Source: Proteromonas lacertae
Lineage: Eukaryota
Assembly (NCBI GenBank): GCA_002245135.1
Contig: NGBS01000875.1
Location: forward strand, 124,001 to 188,000
Direction: 5' to 3'
Length of the DNA: 64,000 nucleotides
Shown here: in pieces, positions 39,138 through 52,649 of the stretch
Numbering within the stretch: position 1 is the first letter of the stretch
How the letters are laid out: each line of letters opens with the position of its first letter
Notes under the pieces: model-generated
The model's database searches: none
Told to the model about the DNA's origin: nothing
What the model saw: the letters and a program-made list of their open reading frames with translations, nothing else
Position numbers and translations under genes: made by a program

Positions 39138-41563
39138 ATGAATTTGAATAATTTGAAAGATAAGATATTTTCATCAATATTATTATGTGATATTGATGTA
39201 TATTTTGATTGGTTGATTTATTATGTATAGATAATAGAAAAGATAGAAAAGAGTGTTTGTGAAATAGATTTAGTAATAAAACATGAAAGCGAGATTAAGA
39301 TGGTTAAAATGTTAAATGTATGTTGTGTTAGTAGAAGCAAAATGTCAAAATTCTTTGAGAATAACTGTTTGTTGTGTGATTATTGTTCATATTTCATCTG
39401 TCCATCACAAATACATTTAATGTGGTTTGATGCGATGATATATGCGAGATGCTATTATTTGAGAGATTTAGAAGAGATAATTCATAGTAAATCAATTTTA
39501 AGTGATTTTGTTTGTGAAGTGATATGTAAAATATGTAATATTGTGAAGATAATAAGTGAATATGTTATAGTTGTTAATTTGAAGAGTTCTAACATAGTAT
39601 ATGATGAAAATAATAATATAAAGATATGTGATTTATGTTTGAATGAAATAAGAAAAGAAGAAGAAATGAGAATATATGATATTTGTTTCAAAAGCCCTGA
39701 AGAGTTGAATGGATTAGAATGTAACGAAAGAAGTGTGATTTGGTCAATAGGATGTATATTATATGAAATGATTTGTAAGAAACTACCATTCAATGAAGAT
39801 GATAATGTGAATAAAACCATGAATAACATCTTGAGATGTAAATATAGTATTGATATAGAATGTAATGAAATGATGAAAGAATTGATAGAAAGAATGTTGA
39901 AAGTGAAGATTGAAGATAGATTGAGTTTAAAAGAGTTGAAGAAAGAAATAAAGAAGATGTGTGAAATAATGAATGATGAAACAAAATATTTGATGATGAT
40001 TAAAGAAAGAAAAGAAATGTTATATAAAAATGATATAAATATTATTACACTACCAATAGACTATCCAACAGAATATTATTTTAAAAGTAATAAAAAAGAA
40101 AGTATAAAAATAATTGTAATGATGATAATATTTAAATAGAAATTGCAGATACATTGGTAGAATTATACAATGCTAAACCAAATGAAAAAATCCTGTCAAT
40201 ATTATTATCATTTCATTTATTCTTTAGAATCTATTCAGATTATAAACTGAAATATCAAATTCATCATCGATGTGAAGTAAGAAGAAATGAGTGGTGTTAT
40301 TTAGATAGAATGATTTTTAGTATTAGAAGTGGTTGTTATGGCAATGATGTTCTAGTAATTGAATCAAATGCTTTTTGTTCATGTGAAAGAGGGATTAATT
40401 ATTTTTTCAGAATATTGAAATCAATCAATAAAACAAAACTATTATTTTGTATAATTTATATAGTTTTTATTTCTTTAGGTAATAATATTATTATTTCCCC
40501 AATAAAAATTCCTATTGAAAATCAATCATTATTTGGATCATGTTTTAGTCAATTTACAAGTCTACAATGGTTGAAATTATGTAAATGTAATCTTACTTCT
40601 TGTTTTGTTGAATCATTTGTTAAATCAATTCCATTCATGAAATTGAATTGTTTGTATCTTCAAGGTATTTATTATATTCTATCTATACAATTTTGATATA
40701 GATAATCCAATAGATGGAAAAGGATTTAAACTATTACTTCCATATTTACATTTATTAATCAACAAGTATAATGAATTGGATCTTCATGGAATGGATTTAG
40801 ATGATGAATCAATGATATTATTGTCATCATATTTACATAAATATCCAAGACTTGACAAAATAAATATTAGATATAATAAAAATATTCATTCAGTTGGATT
40901 AAAAGCTTTATTCTCCAAGATTCGTATTTCAAAAGTAGACTTTGATTTTAATGGAAGTAAAGAGTTAATGATGGATGAAAATTTTCCAGAATTATTGAAA
41001 TATGTTAGAAATGATTTAAGTAACTCAAATATTGATGATGATACTCTGAAAACATTCATTAGTTTTAGATTAAATGAATTTAAAGATACAAGACAGTTAG
41101 ATTTGAGTAGTATGACTAATATTTTTATATTTATTAGATAATAAACTAACATATAAAAGTGTAGAATTTCTGATGAACAATTTATCATTAATTCCAAATC
41201 TTGAATATCTTAAATTACATGGAAATGATATAGGAGATGAAGGAATGAAATTATTATCTCCACATATTAGTTTATTAATATATTGTGAATGTGATTGTGA
41301 TGGTTTTCATTTTGGAATAAACTGTTCAAGTATAGTATTAATGATAATATACAATAGAAATTGGATTATCATCAATTGGATTGAAATATTTAGTTGATGG
41401 TTTAAAGACTATTGATTTAAAAAGATATAAGAATTTCACACTTCATATAAGTAATAATAATATAGATTCAAGAACTATTGAAAATCTAAAATATGAATAC
41501 ATTATAACTAGTTCTGAAATAGAAGAAATATGTTGTAAAGTCTCACATGGCTTTTTCTTTTAA
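39138..41563 (+). CDS. Pseudokinase + RI-like LRR protein (family copy 3, shorter LRR array)
   Basis: Introns 39198-39230, 40102-40139, 40449-40478, 40665-40701, 41110-41137, 41330-41357 lie at positions homologous to copy 2. VVNLKSSN replaces HRDLKxxN, DLC replaces DFG; SPE and IWSIG are present. Long near-identical LRR blocks (NKNIHSVGLK, KVDFDFNGSKEL). Confidence 0.85.
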
Positions 41564-41667
41564 TTGTTTATTCATATTTCATTTGATTTTTGAGATTTAA
41601 GAAAAATGAAAAACGAACATATTTTTGAAATTTATCAAACTTTTGAATCAAGCTTATTTATTTAAAA

Positions 41668-42869
<1,202 letters not shown>

Positions 42870-42975
42870 AATTGTTGATATTTTGTGTTGTTTTATATAT
42901 AACTCAAAAAGAAAAAATGAAAAATAGAATTGACGTTGACATTGTCAAGAATAGGTCATAAATTGAATTTTCAAA

Positions 42976-45069
42976 ATGAAAGTGCGTAATTTAATTATCA
43001 ACGAAAATGGGTATTATTTCTGTTAAATTTTATAAAATTAGGCTAAGCAGACTATTTGCAAATAATGGCTTTGGAGATTTAAAAGTTTTAGTAGGAGGAG
43101 AAGAAATAGTCAGTTCCAAGGCCGTTTTCATGATTTCAAATACTAAAATCAAGGAATTAATTGAAAATAGTGAAAATGGCAATGTGTTTGAATTTTTTGA
43201 AGATTGTAGTATAAAATGTTTTTTTGAATTAGAAAAGTATTATAGCGGAGGATACATGAATATAAATATGAATAATGTATGTGAGATGCTATCCATGTGT
43301 ATTTATTATTGTGAATATAGAATAATTCATAATTGTTTTAAATTTATAAAGAATCATATAAACGAAGAGATAATAATGAAATTAATGAAAATAAATCATA
43401 TATATGAAAATGGTAATGATGAAGTGAAAGAAATAATAGAAGAGATGCAAATGATAGTAATTGAATATATAAAGAAAAATGGATTTAAGTTATTAACAGA
43501 GGAGAATATAAATGAATTAGATTTAAGAGATTTGAAAATGATATTAAAAGAAGTGAAACATGCAAAAAATAATGAACAATGGTTATTTAAAGTGTTGTTT
43601 GAAAGATATGAAAGAGAAATGAAAAAAGATAAAATGAGTAAAAATTTAGTAAAATTATGAAAAAATTTACATGAATCAATTAACGTCTGAACAAATTGAA
43701 TTTATAAACAATAATGTAGATGTATTGAGTTTAATTGGTGCAAAAAAAAGAAGAAAAGAATAATCATTTGTTTATTGCATTAGAAGGAATTAATGATAAA
43801 GAAATCGAAGATATAATATTTAAATACTATATAGAAGATGAAATAATTTCAATATCAGAAAGAGATATAACAATATTAAAGAACAGTAGAATGAAAGAAA
43901 TAATACAAGTATTATTAAATCATGAAGATCTTAAAATGAAAGAAATTGGAATTATGATAATCCTTGATTCTAAAATTAATAAAGGGAGTTTAAATGAGAT
44001 ATTAAACAATGATAAAATATCTAATTTGATATTGCTATTATCAAATGAATATATACGTAGTAAAAATGAGAGGTTTTGCGAATGTTTCTGTCTATTTGCC
44101 AAAGATAAAAATATGGTCTTCACATTAAAATACTTATGTGGAATAGAAATATTTTTTCATGTACTAAACTTCAGTTATTATTTGTCAAATGAATCAATAG
44201 AGATATTAATTAGTTTCATAAAGAGTCAAAATATATGTGATAATGATATTAGAAACATGATAAATATGATTGAAAATAAAGATATATTATCTCATATTAT
44301 TGATAGAATCACATTATTTTCTTATCCATCTTCAATTGTTGAGATATGTGGAAATGTTTTAATAAAGCCTAATCATAATGGATCAATATGTTTATTCTCA
44401 ATTAATCCACCATTACCAAATGAAATTACATTAAATGGAAATACAGGTGAGATAAAATCTTCCATTAATAATGTGATAGATGAAAATGAATATACAGTGA
44501 TATGTGAAAATGTATTAGGCAGTATGAAATGCAATATCTCTTTTGTATATGACAACATAACATTTTCAGAAGAATATAAGCATGAAAATGTTAAAATTAG
44601 TAATTACGGAAAGACAATTACTAATAATGAAAATAAAAAATTTCTTCGGCATTGTTTCATAAACTTAAAAATGGAGAAAGGAATTTATCATATGGAATAT
44701 AAATTCAATAGAAATTCATCAAAAAGCAATGGGTGTATAATATTAGTATCAACAAAAATATGCGGAGGTGATTATAGTGATTTTATATTTCAATCATGTG
44801 GTTATTTTGCATGCACAGCTTTAAGTCATAATGCTTCAAAATGTCATATTGGAACAATGGTTACAAAAAATCCAAATTTCAATAATCATGGAGATGGTTC
44901 AATTTATGAAGTGATTGTTGATATGAATAAAAGAGAATTTTGGATAAGTCATAATTATTGTTCTCCTGTTTTACTTGTGAAAGATTTACCTTCTCCATTA
45001 TATCGATGTTGTTTTCCAGGACCAAGCGGAAATTCTATAGATTTAATATCATATTGTCATTATCTTTAA
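42976..45069 (+). CDS. BTB/POZ + putative Ig (He_PIG-like) + SPRY-like protein; two +1 frame breaks
   Basis: ATG 42976, intron 43011-43041. BTB-like FGDLKVLVGGEEI...YYSGGYMNINMNNVCEML; Ig-like FSINPPLPNEITLNGNTGEI...YTVICEN; SPRY-like C-terminus (EVIVDMNKRE...DLPSPLY). Frame breaks near 43651 and 43745. Confidence 0.6.
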
Positions 45070-45174
45070 AGAGTAATAATATATTAGACATTGATAAAAC
45101 AAGTGATTTTGTATTTTGTTTTATTTTATAAAGAACATAAAAATTACATAAATTTACACAATTATTTTCAATTA

Positions 45175-47405
45175 TTATTCAAAATTATCATTCCAATCAT
45201 CACTGTTATTACCATTCTCACATGAATATTGAATAATATTTCTTGGACTAAATTTATATCTTTGTATTAATGACAATACATTATCACTAATTATCTTTAT
45301 ATCATAATTATTATTTTGTTCATTCTGCAATTTCGTATATTTCATTAAATCTGATAGTTGATTTTCATATACACTTTCATAGTTCAAAAATAACTCCCAT
45401 ATCCAATTACATTCAAATACTTTAAAAGAAGTATAACATATTTCACATTGATGTATTACATTTGGTGTTTTAATATAATTTATTAATTTGTTTATATATG
45501 TTATTGTATCTTTACTTGTATTTATGTTACTTTTTAATGGAATTGAACTTAAGGTTTTACTTAATATTCGAATATAAGTATTTATCATTTCATTACTTCT
45601 TGGCCAATGGTTTAACATTTTGTGAATAAATTTCATTGTTATAAATGATGATTTTATACATAAAAATATCAATAAATCTATTACATTTGAATAATCTGGA
45701 TGATTAATATTAATATGTAAAAACAAATAGAATAATCCTTTAAATATATATTCTATATCATTCAAATACAACTCCTTTTTATATTTATTGAAATTCATTT
45801 GCTTGTTTATTATACTATTATTATCTTCTTCATTCTGTTTATTCATTATTATTGAAACTGTTGTTGATGAAGCTTTCATATTTAAATTATTTGGCTTGTT
45901 ATATCTTGAAGACATTTCTATAAAATTCTTAATAATTTTCAACAAATCATGAAGCGGAGACTTACTGTTATTAAAACTTTCACATATTTCATTTTTTATA
46001 TTCAATTTTTCATTTTCATAATACCATTCACTATGTAAATAAAACATATTCATTATTGATTCAATTATTAAATGATGAGTAGGAAAAACTGTAAACTTGA
46101 TTATTATCACTTACATCTTTATCATAAATATTTCTTATTATTTTATATAAATGGATACGAATTATTTCACTGTTATTGTTGTTGTTATTGCTTGAATTAC
46201 TGTTACAATAAATATTTATTAATATTGAACAGAATTTTTGGTTTATTACTTTTATGGAACATCCTTTTATTATATCTACTAGCAATTCTAGCAATATTTC
46301 ATTCTGATAATTTGATAATCTTCTTTTAGTTTTCTTAACTTTGATTATACTACGAGGTGAATAATTGTTTATTCTTCGGTTGGATGATTGGTTCTTTTTT
46401 ATACATATACTATTAAATGAATCACTTAAATCTGACAAATCTATTCTCATTTTATTAACATAGAGTTATTATACTGTTATATGTTGCTACTTTTAATAGC
46501 TGCAATTAATCCACCTGTTGTATAAGTGTCACTATCTTCTCCATAACAAGATTTTAATTTCTTGGGGTTATAAACATCTCTTCGAAAATTTTGGATGTTT
46601 TCTATAAAATGATTTACTAATTCTGAATTACCTAAGCACCAATACAGGAATTTACGAGAATTCATGTAATTGTAAAACCATGTAGATTGTTTTAGAAGTA
46701 GTAATGCTAATGAATGACAATATCCTGGATCTATGTCTAGTTCTAAAGCAACACCTGCTATAAATGCTATATTATATGCTTTTATATTAAACTGTTGAAT
46801 ATTTTCGAATTTGTTATTTGTTTCAAATATTCCCACTAATTCTTCATACCAATTGTATATTTCACGAATTGACCCACAAGATGGTGTAATTGCAGCATAT
46901 GTAAAAGTAGTTGGTAGAATTGTGATATGACAGTTTTGTTCTGGCTGTCCAGCCCATATATATTCTGAAGAGTATAATGTAGGTATTGTGGCTCTGATAG
47001 TATATTCAAATTTACCTGTTGTGAAAGGTAGTAAAGATGTTTGAAAAATATGTGTGGTTTTATCCTTTGATTGAGTTATGGATGTCTTTCTCATCGTGAC
47101 TGAATGCCATCTGCCACTTGATCTATAGAAATAATCATATATTTAACTAATACGAATATTTGTCTCGCACGTTTGTCCATATTTCTGCTTTAGCTTTGCG
47201 ATGATGAAAAGGATTTATTCTATATTAAAATAATGTGTTCGATATACTCATTAGAGATTTCTAGTTCCACTGTAACTGGACATGGTTCACATATATATAG
47301 CGTTATATTGTCTGTTACAGATGGTTTTACAGAAATAAATTGTAGAACTGATTTGAGTTGAGGTAAATCATCTTTGCTTGGCTTACAATTAACAAGTGTT
47401 TGCAT
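45175..47405 (-). CDS. Hypothetical multi-exon protein; C-terminal half weakly PP2A B56-like
   Basis: Four same-strand ORFs joinable by short introns (e.g. 46441-46490); the junction near 46100 is unresolved. HLYKIIRNIYDK and MLNHWPRSN recall B56 LKTTLHRIYGK and LLKYWPKT. Could be two genes. Confidence 0.45.
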
Positions 47406-47622
47406 TTAATTGTGTTCTGAGATACAATTAGTGATGCAAGAATGAATTATTAAGGCAAGAAACTACGAAGATGATTTAGGAATTGAGAATATTCATCCTT
47501 CGTCATTCAATGTCGTTTCGCTTATTCTCAGTTTAAATAAAAACAATCATAATGAATACATCTAGATGTACTTATCCTAACAAACAACACACAACAAATG
47601 ATAAAACTATACTAAAACATCA

Positions 47623-49440
47623 CTACGGTTTTAATGCCTCACAACATGTGCAATATTTTTGTGTTTCCTTATTAATCTGGCTACATGCAACACATACCCA
47701 TCCATTTTGGATGTCTTGACTATAATCATGTTGATAGTTGTGCAAATTGTTGTAATAAGGGCAATATGCATATAGAGAAGAATTAGCATATTCAAAATCA
47801 TTAAATGGTTGCATATTAAGTGGTACTGATGGAATATTCGACATAATTGTAGGATCTTGGTTTTGTACTTCCTGTGTCTCTTCTTTTACTATATTTACAC
47901 CTATGACTTCATTATTATATTTCACTACTTCTCTTCTTATTCCTTGAGAACTATTCACTGGAATAGCACATAAAATATTCTTTTGTTTCATTGGCATTAC
48001 TTCTTTTGATTTTTCCATTCTTTGATGTAATATTCTTCTATTAACTGAAGTTTCAGAATCCTTGGTATTATCAAAATTAAATAAAAATTGTTCATAATCA
48101 TACAGCAACTTTGTATACATCTTCTTCAATCTAAAAGATGCACTTGTTTCTGTCGCACTGAAATTATCCAAACCTCTATAAATCCTTGCCCATGTCCCTT
48201 CTTTTAATATAACACTTGTTGAACCTCCATGTGCAGTAACTTCTCTAAATAATCGATATAAATCCACTTCTCTTCTGCCAAGAGTAGGAGTTCTTACAAT
48301 AATACCTGTTTGATGTGTTTTATGAAATGCTTTTAATACTTCAATGAAATTATCTTTTTCTTCTTCATAACCAGCATAATGACCTGATAAATCAATTACT
48401 GGTGGTTTTGTATCACTTGGTATTTCTTCAGGAATATCACAACTTAAATATTTTGAATCCCATATATTAATACTACATTTAAATTTTGGTCCTAATATTT
48501 TTACATCTATTGTATTGGGGATCTTTCTTCTTTTTCCACATAAATTACATCTAATCCAAACCACTGAGAAATTGTTATTAGTTGATCTTATATTTTGTGA
48601 TGGAATACTTGAGTATTTTATACCATTAGGAGGTGTTACTGATATATAATTTGAAGGATCATTTTTCTCTTGTATTTCTTCTTGTTGTTGTTCTTCAACA
48701 TTCGGATAATCTGGTTTTACAAATGGCAACAATTGTTGTGGTTGTTGTTGTTTTATTTTCTTATTTGGAGGTTGAGTATGGGATGAAGAAGAAGAAGAAG
48801 ATGATGATGATAAAGTTTCCAAAGATATTGATGAATCTTTATAACTTCGTTTTAATGTTTGTGTATTATTATTACTATTACGATTAGACAATTCATTTGA
48901 ATTAATTTCATTATTACTCTGTAAATTGTCTTTTGAATAAGATCTACTAATCTTCTTTGTATTTGATTTTAATTCTGTAAAAACTCTATTTAATGATTCA
49001 AAATCTGGAACTGGACAATCTGGAAGAGAACATCTTTCACTGTGAAGATTAAAGAAAGTTTGAACTTGATTACAGATTGGACAGCTTATTCCTGTGCACA
49101 TCATTACATGATGAATTTTAATTTTCATTTGAGCACATTCTGTAGTGCAAACAACAGCACTACATCGAAATACATGCTCTAATATGGTTAACTGTGATTC
49201 AAAAAAGTTAGATACAGGCTCAATTGATGTAGATACGCCAAATGGTTGGTTTAAATATTGTTGATCCTGATAACTAAACGACTGTCCTAATTGCTGATTG
49301 AATTGGGTTGTTAACGGTTGTGTAAGGTTTGTAAGGTTTGGAAAATATTGAACCATTGAAATTTGAGGTGTGCAAGGATTTAGAGCAGGTTTATCAGTTT
49401 GTATAGTTACATTCTGCATTTTCTCAGGTAAATCACTCAT
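47623..49440 (-). CDS. Chromatin protein: TAZ-like ZnF + zf-CW + ARID + RanBP2-type ZnF
   Basis: LEHVFRC...HVMMC..CPIC...HSERC..CPVP (TAZ); WIRCNLCGKRR...CSINIWD..SCDIPEE (CW); LGRREVDLYRLFREV..HGG..W..LKKMYTKLLYDYE (ARID); WVCVACSQIN....CTCC (RanBP2). Confidence 0.85.
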   Translation of the reverse strand: MSDLPEKMQNVTIQTDKPALNPCTPQISMVQYFPNLTNLTQPLTTQFNQQLGQSFSYQDQQYLNQPFGVSTSIEPVSNFFESQLTILEHVFRCSAVVCTTECAQMKIKIHHVMMCTGISCPICNQVQTFFNLHSERCSLPDCPVPDFESLNRVFTELKSNTKKISRSYSKDNLQSNNEINSNELSNRNSNNNTQTLKRSYKDSSISLETLSSSSSSSSSSHTQPPNKKIKQQQPQQLLPFVKPDYPNVEEQQQEEIQEKNDPSNYISVTPPNGIKYSSIPSQNIRSTNNNFSVVWIRCNLCGKRRKIPNTIDVKILGPKFKCSINIWDSKYLSCDIPEEIPSDTKPPVIDLSGHYAGYEEEKDNFIEVLKAFHKTHQTGIIVRTPTLGRREVDLYRLFREVTAHGGSTSVILKEGTWARIYRGLDNFSATETSASFRLKKMYTKLLYDYEQFLFNFDNTKDSETSVNRRILHQRMEKSKEVMPMKQKNILCAIPVNSSQGIRREVVKYNNEVIGVNIVKEETQEVQNQDPTIMSNIPSVPLNMQPFNDFEYANSSLYAYCPYYNNLHNYQHDYSQDIQNGWVCVACSQINKETQKYCTCCEALKP

Positions 49441-50109
49441 TACTATTAAGACTTATTAAAATTATTTATTTGGAAGTGTTTCACTATAAATAATAACTAA
49501 AGGCAATTTCTATAGTTGAAAATGCAAAGATGCATTTATCATTTTAGAATGTGTAACGACTATATTAAAAATCGTTATTTTTTTCGTTTAACGCATATCA
49601 GATATTAACTAAATATACAACAAAGACTATTTGCATTGCATATACTCATAAAATGTAGTACATATATTTAAACGAAATTTTGATCCTATTTAAGACTATT
49701 ATTTTTAAATTAAATAAATTATATATTTTAAAGAGTTAAGATAGACATAATATATTATTAAAGTTGCAAATTGTTCATAATATAAATAGTTATACACAAT
49801 GGCATATACTAATTTTAGCATCTAATTATTACTATTGATGAATATTTATTATTATAGATATATATAAATAATAATATCTATTCTTATTATTATGTTCCTA
49901 CTATTTTGAATATTTTTAATCTATTCTTCCTTTTCTTTTTTATACATTAATAAATCAACAAAAAATACTTCTACATCAGAAGGTAACAGTGAGCATATTA
50001 CATCATCTACAGAAGAACAATAGAAATACATTTTTATATGAAAAAAGAGACGTTTCACAATTAATCAAAAATTAATAAACAAATTTTAAAAAAATAAAGC
50101 AATCACAAT

Positions 50110-51577
50110 TTACCTGTTGTTTTGAAATTTATCTCTAAGAGTAACACCTCTTGTCTCATTATTCCTATTATTATCATAATAATTATCTCTCCCTCCTCTA
50201 TATCCACCTCTACTTCTATTTCCTCCTCTATATCCTCCTCTTCCTCCCCTACTTCTTCCTCTTCTATTGTACTCTTCTTTTCCTCTTGTTTCTTCTGCTT
50301 TATCTTCTCTTTCTTCTTCTTCAGATTCATCTTTATCATCAGTTGGTTTTTCATCAACATCTCCATTACTATCTCTACCTCTAAATGTTGGAGTTGGTTG
50401 AATTATAGTTGTACCACTTTTTGAACTGTTATTCCTATTATTATCTCTTACATTTCTTTCAACTTTTCTTTCTTCATCATCAGTTCTACCACGTGTAGTT
50501 GTAGTTGTATTTGCATTTGTACCAGTTGTTGTTCTATTATTATTGGGAACATATCCACGGAATCTTGGCTCTGGTTGATGAACAATAACACCATCATTTA
50601 CATACATATCATAATATTGATAATATTTATCATATTTATTATCTATATTATACTTCACAGTTGAAAATTGTAATTTCTTATTGTATAATGCATCTTCCTT
50701 TTCTTTTAATTCGTGTTCTTTAATATAATAAGATACATCATCCATTATTAAGGATTCAGCATAATTTACAGATTTCTATCATAACAATAAATAATAAATA
50801 AATAAATATATATATACTTTTGTTCCAATGATCTTTGCACTTCCACTTAGGAACTGTATTAAATAAACATTCGATTTTTCAATATAATCTCTCACATTTC
50901 TACCTTTTGAACCAACTAATAAACCAGTATAATCCTCTGGAAACTCAATAGTCTTTTCAACAACTTCCAACTTTTCTCTTGCTAAATTACAACTCTTTAA
51001 GTCTTTTCCAACAATACGTATTATTGACATGTAATCGTCTACTACTATACTCTCTACTCCTGTTTGTTTTTTCACTTCGTTTATATTTGAAAACTTCTTT
51101 CCTAATACATAACCCATTAAATCAGGTTCTATTCTGAATTCCACTTGTTTCATTCCATATAATTGGTTAGAGATTCTCTTTTCTTCAGATATAATATCTT
51201 TTTCTTTTTGGGTTAATGATTTCTATAAAGATAAGTGTAAAAGGTAAAAATATACTTGAGAATCAAGTAATTTTTGAAATACACCTTTCATAAGCTTAGC
51301 CGATGTTTCAATTTTACTTTTAATGATGAACCTATTGGATAATAATCATAAATTAGCTTCATACTTTGATTTGTCACTCTCACTATACTCGATGGATATA
51401 ATATCTATTAAATAATTAATATGTGCATTAAATACCATCATCAATTCTTTTCTTATCCTCAATTATTTTCTTACATTCCTCTCCCTTACACCACCCCTTT
51501 AATAATCTTGGAACAGGTACTTCTTCAGTAAAAATTGGATTGGATGATGCTCCACTTGAATTTTGGTTGTTTGACAT
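50110..51577 (-). CDS. FMR1/FXR-like RNA-binding protein (KH0-KH1-KH2 + RGG)
   Basis: FRIEPDLMGYVLGKKFSNINEVKK..GVESI..D...IRIVG....AREKLEVVEKTIEFPE..GLLVGSKG....YIEKS parallels the FMRP KH1-KH2 tandem; C-terminal RGGRGGYRGG. Confidence 0.7.
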
Positions 51578-51714
51578 GTTTTAAATAAAAAAATAAAAAT
51601 TGAAAATGATGAATATCAAGCTAAACGGCTTGCCAAAAAAGATTCTGTAAAGATATACCAACACTAAATGTCATTAAACAATAAATAAATAGTTATGAAA
51701 TAAATATAATTTTA

Positions 51715-52620
51715 TTATCCATACGAGGCAATCACATTAAAGAACGTATACACTTCATTTTCATCATAAACTCCAACATCAGCATCACACACTTCACAAT
51801 GTACAGGGTAATACCACTCATCAGTACTTTCATCACTTTTTTTATTGCTTTTCTTCTTATTATCATGAGGGTAAAGCTTCTCAGATTTAATAATCGAACA
51901 ATTTGTAACAAACATCGCTCTAAATTGATTTTTATATTTCTCATGCTGTTGACATTCATAAGATAATACAGAAAAGCAAAACGGACAGCTCAGAACTGCA
52001 TCTGTGTCTTTAATTTCTCGATTATTCTCTAAATACATACATATAACATTATATCATATATACTACAATTCTTCTTAACCCAAACTTCATTCTCTTCATC
52101 TTCATTTTCATTATAAAACTGTTCTTCCCCTTCACCAACTTTTCCATACAATTTTTCATCATCTTCTTCGTCGTCATCTTCATCTTTATCATTATATTCA
52201 TCTTCCATCTTCTCCATTTTCTAAATCTAGATTTAACATTTTTTCTTTCTGCTTTTTTAGGTTTAAATTTGAAGAAGATCCTCTTGGTGTAGTTATGTCT
52301 GAATATTTTTCTTTAATTTCTGTTAATAAATCATCTATATATACATATATATATATATAATGACAATAGTTTTATATGAAAATACTAAGTGCTTGTGATT
52401 GTTGTGGAGTTTTAACATGTGTGTTATATTCTTCTTCCAATAGAATATTCTGATCATAATCATTCTGTTCGTTATCATCAACATCGCTATATTCAGACTC
52501 ACTATCACCATTTATCATTGTTTCGAGCGCTTCTATATCCATATATGAAGTATCTTTCGTTCCATCCAAAAATTCAACTGGTTCATCTTCAGAACTTGAA
52601 GAACCATCAACTTCTTCCAT
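51715..52620 (-). CDS. EAPP: E2F-associated phosphoprotein homolog
   Basis: Acidic N-terminus; TDAVLSCPFCF...CQQHEKYKNQFRAMFVTNC...YYPVHCEVC..VGVYD.NEVYTFFNVIAS. Confidence 0.88.
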
Positions 52621-52649
52621 CTTTCTAATTCAAACCTATCAAGCCTAAA
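52621..52649. promoter_or_regulatory. 29-nt bidirectional spacer between the EAPP and GPALPP1 start codons, containing TCAAGC
   Basis: CAT at 52618-52620 and ATG at 52650; TCAAGC at 52639-52644. Confidence 0.6.

Noticed and set aside
49968..50015. SECIS element
   Set aside because: The spacing between ATGA and GA is too short for helix II, and no in-frame TGA selenoprotein is adjacent.
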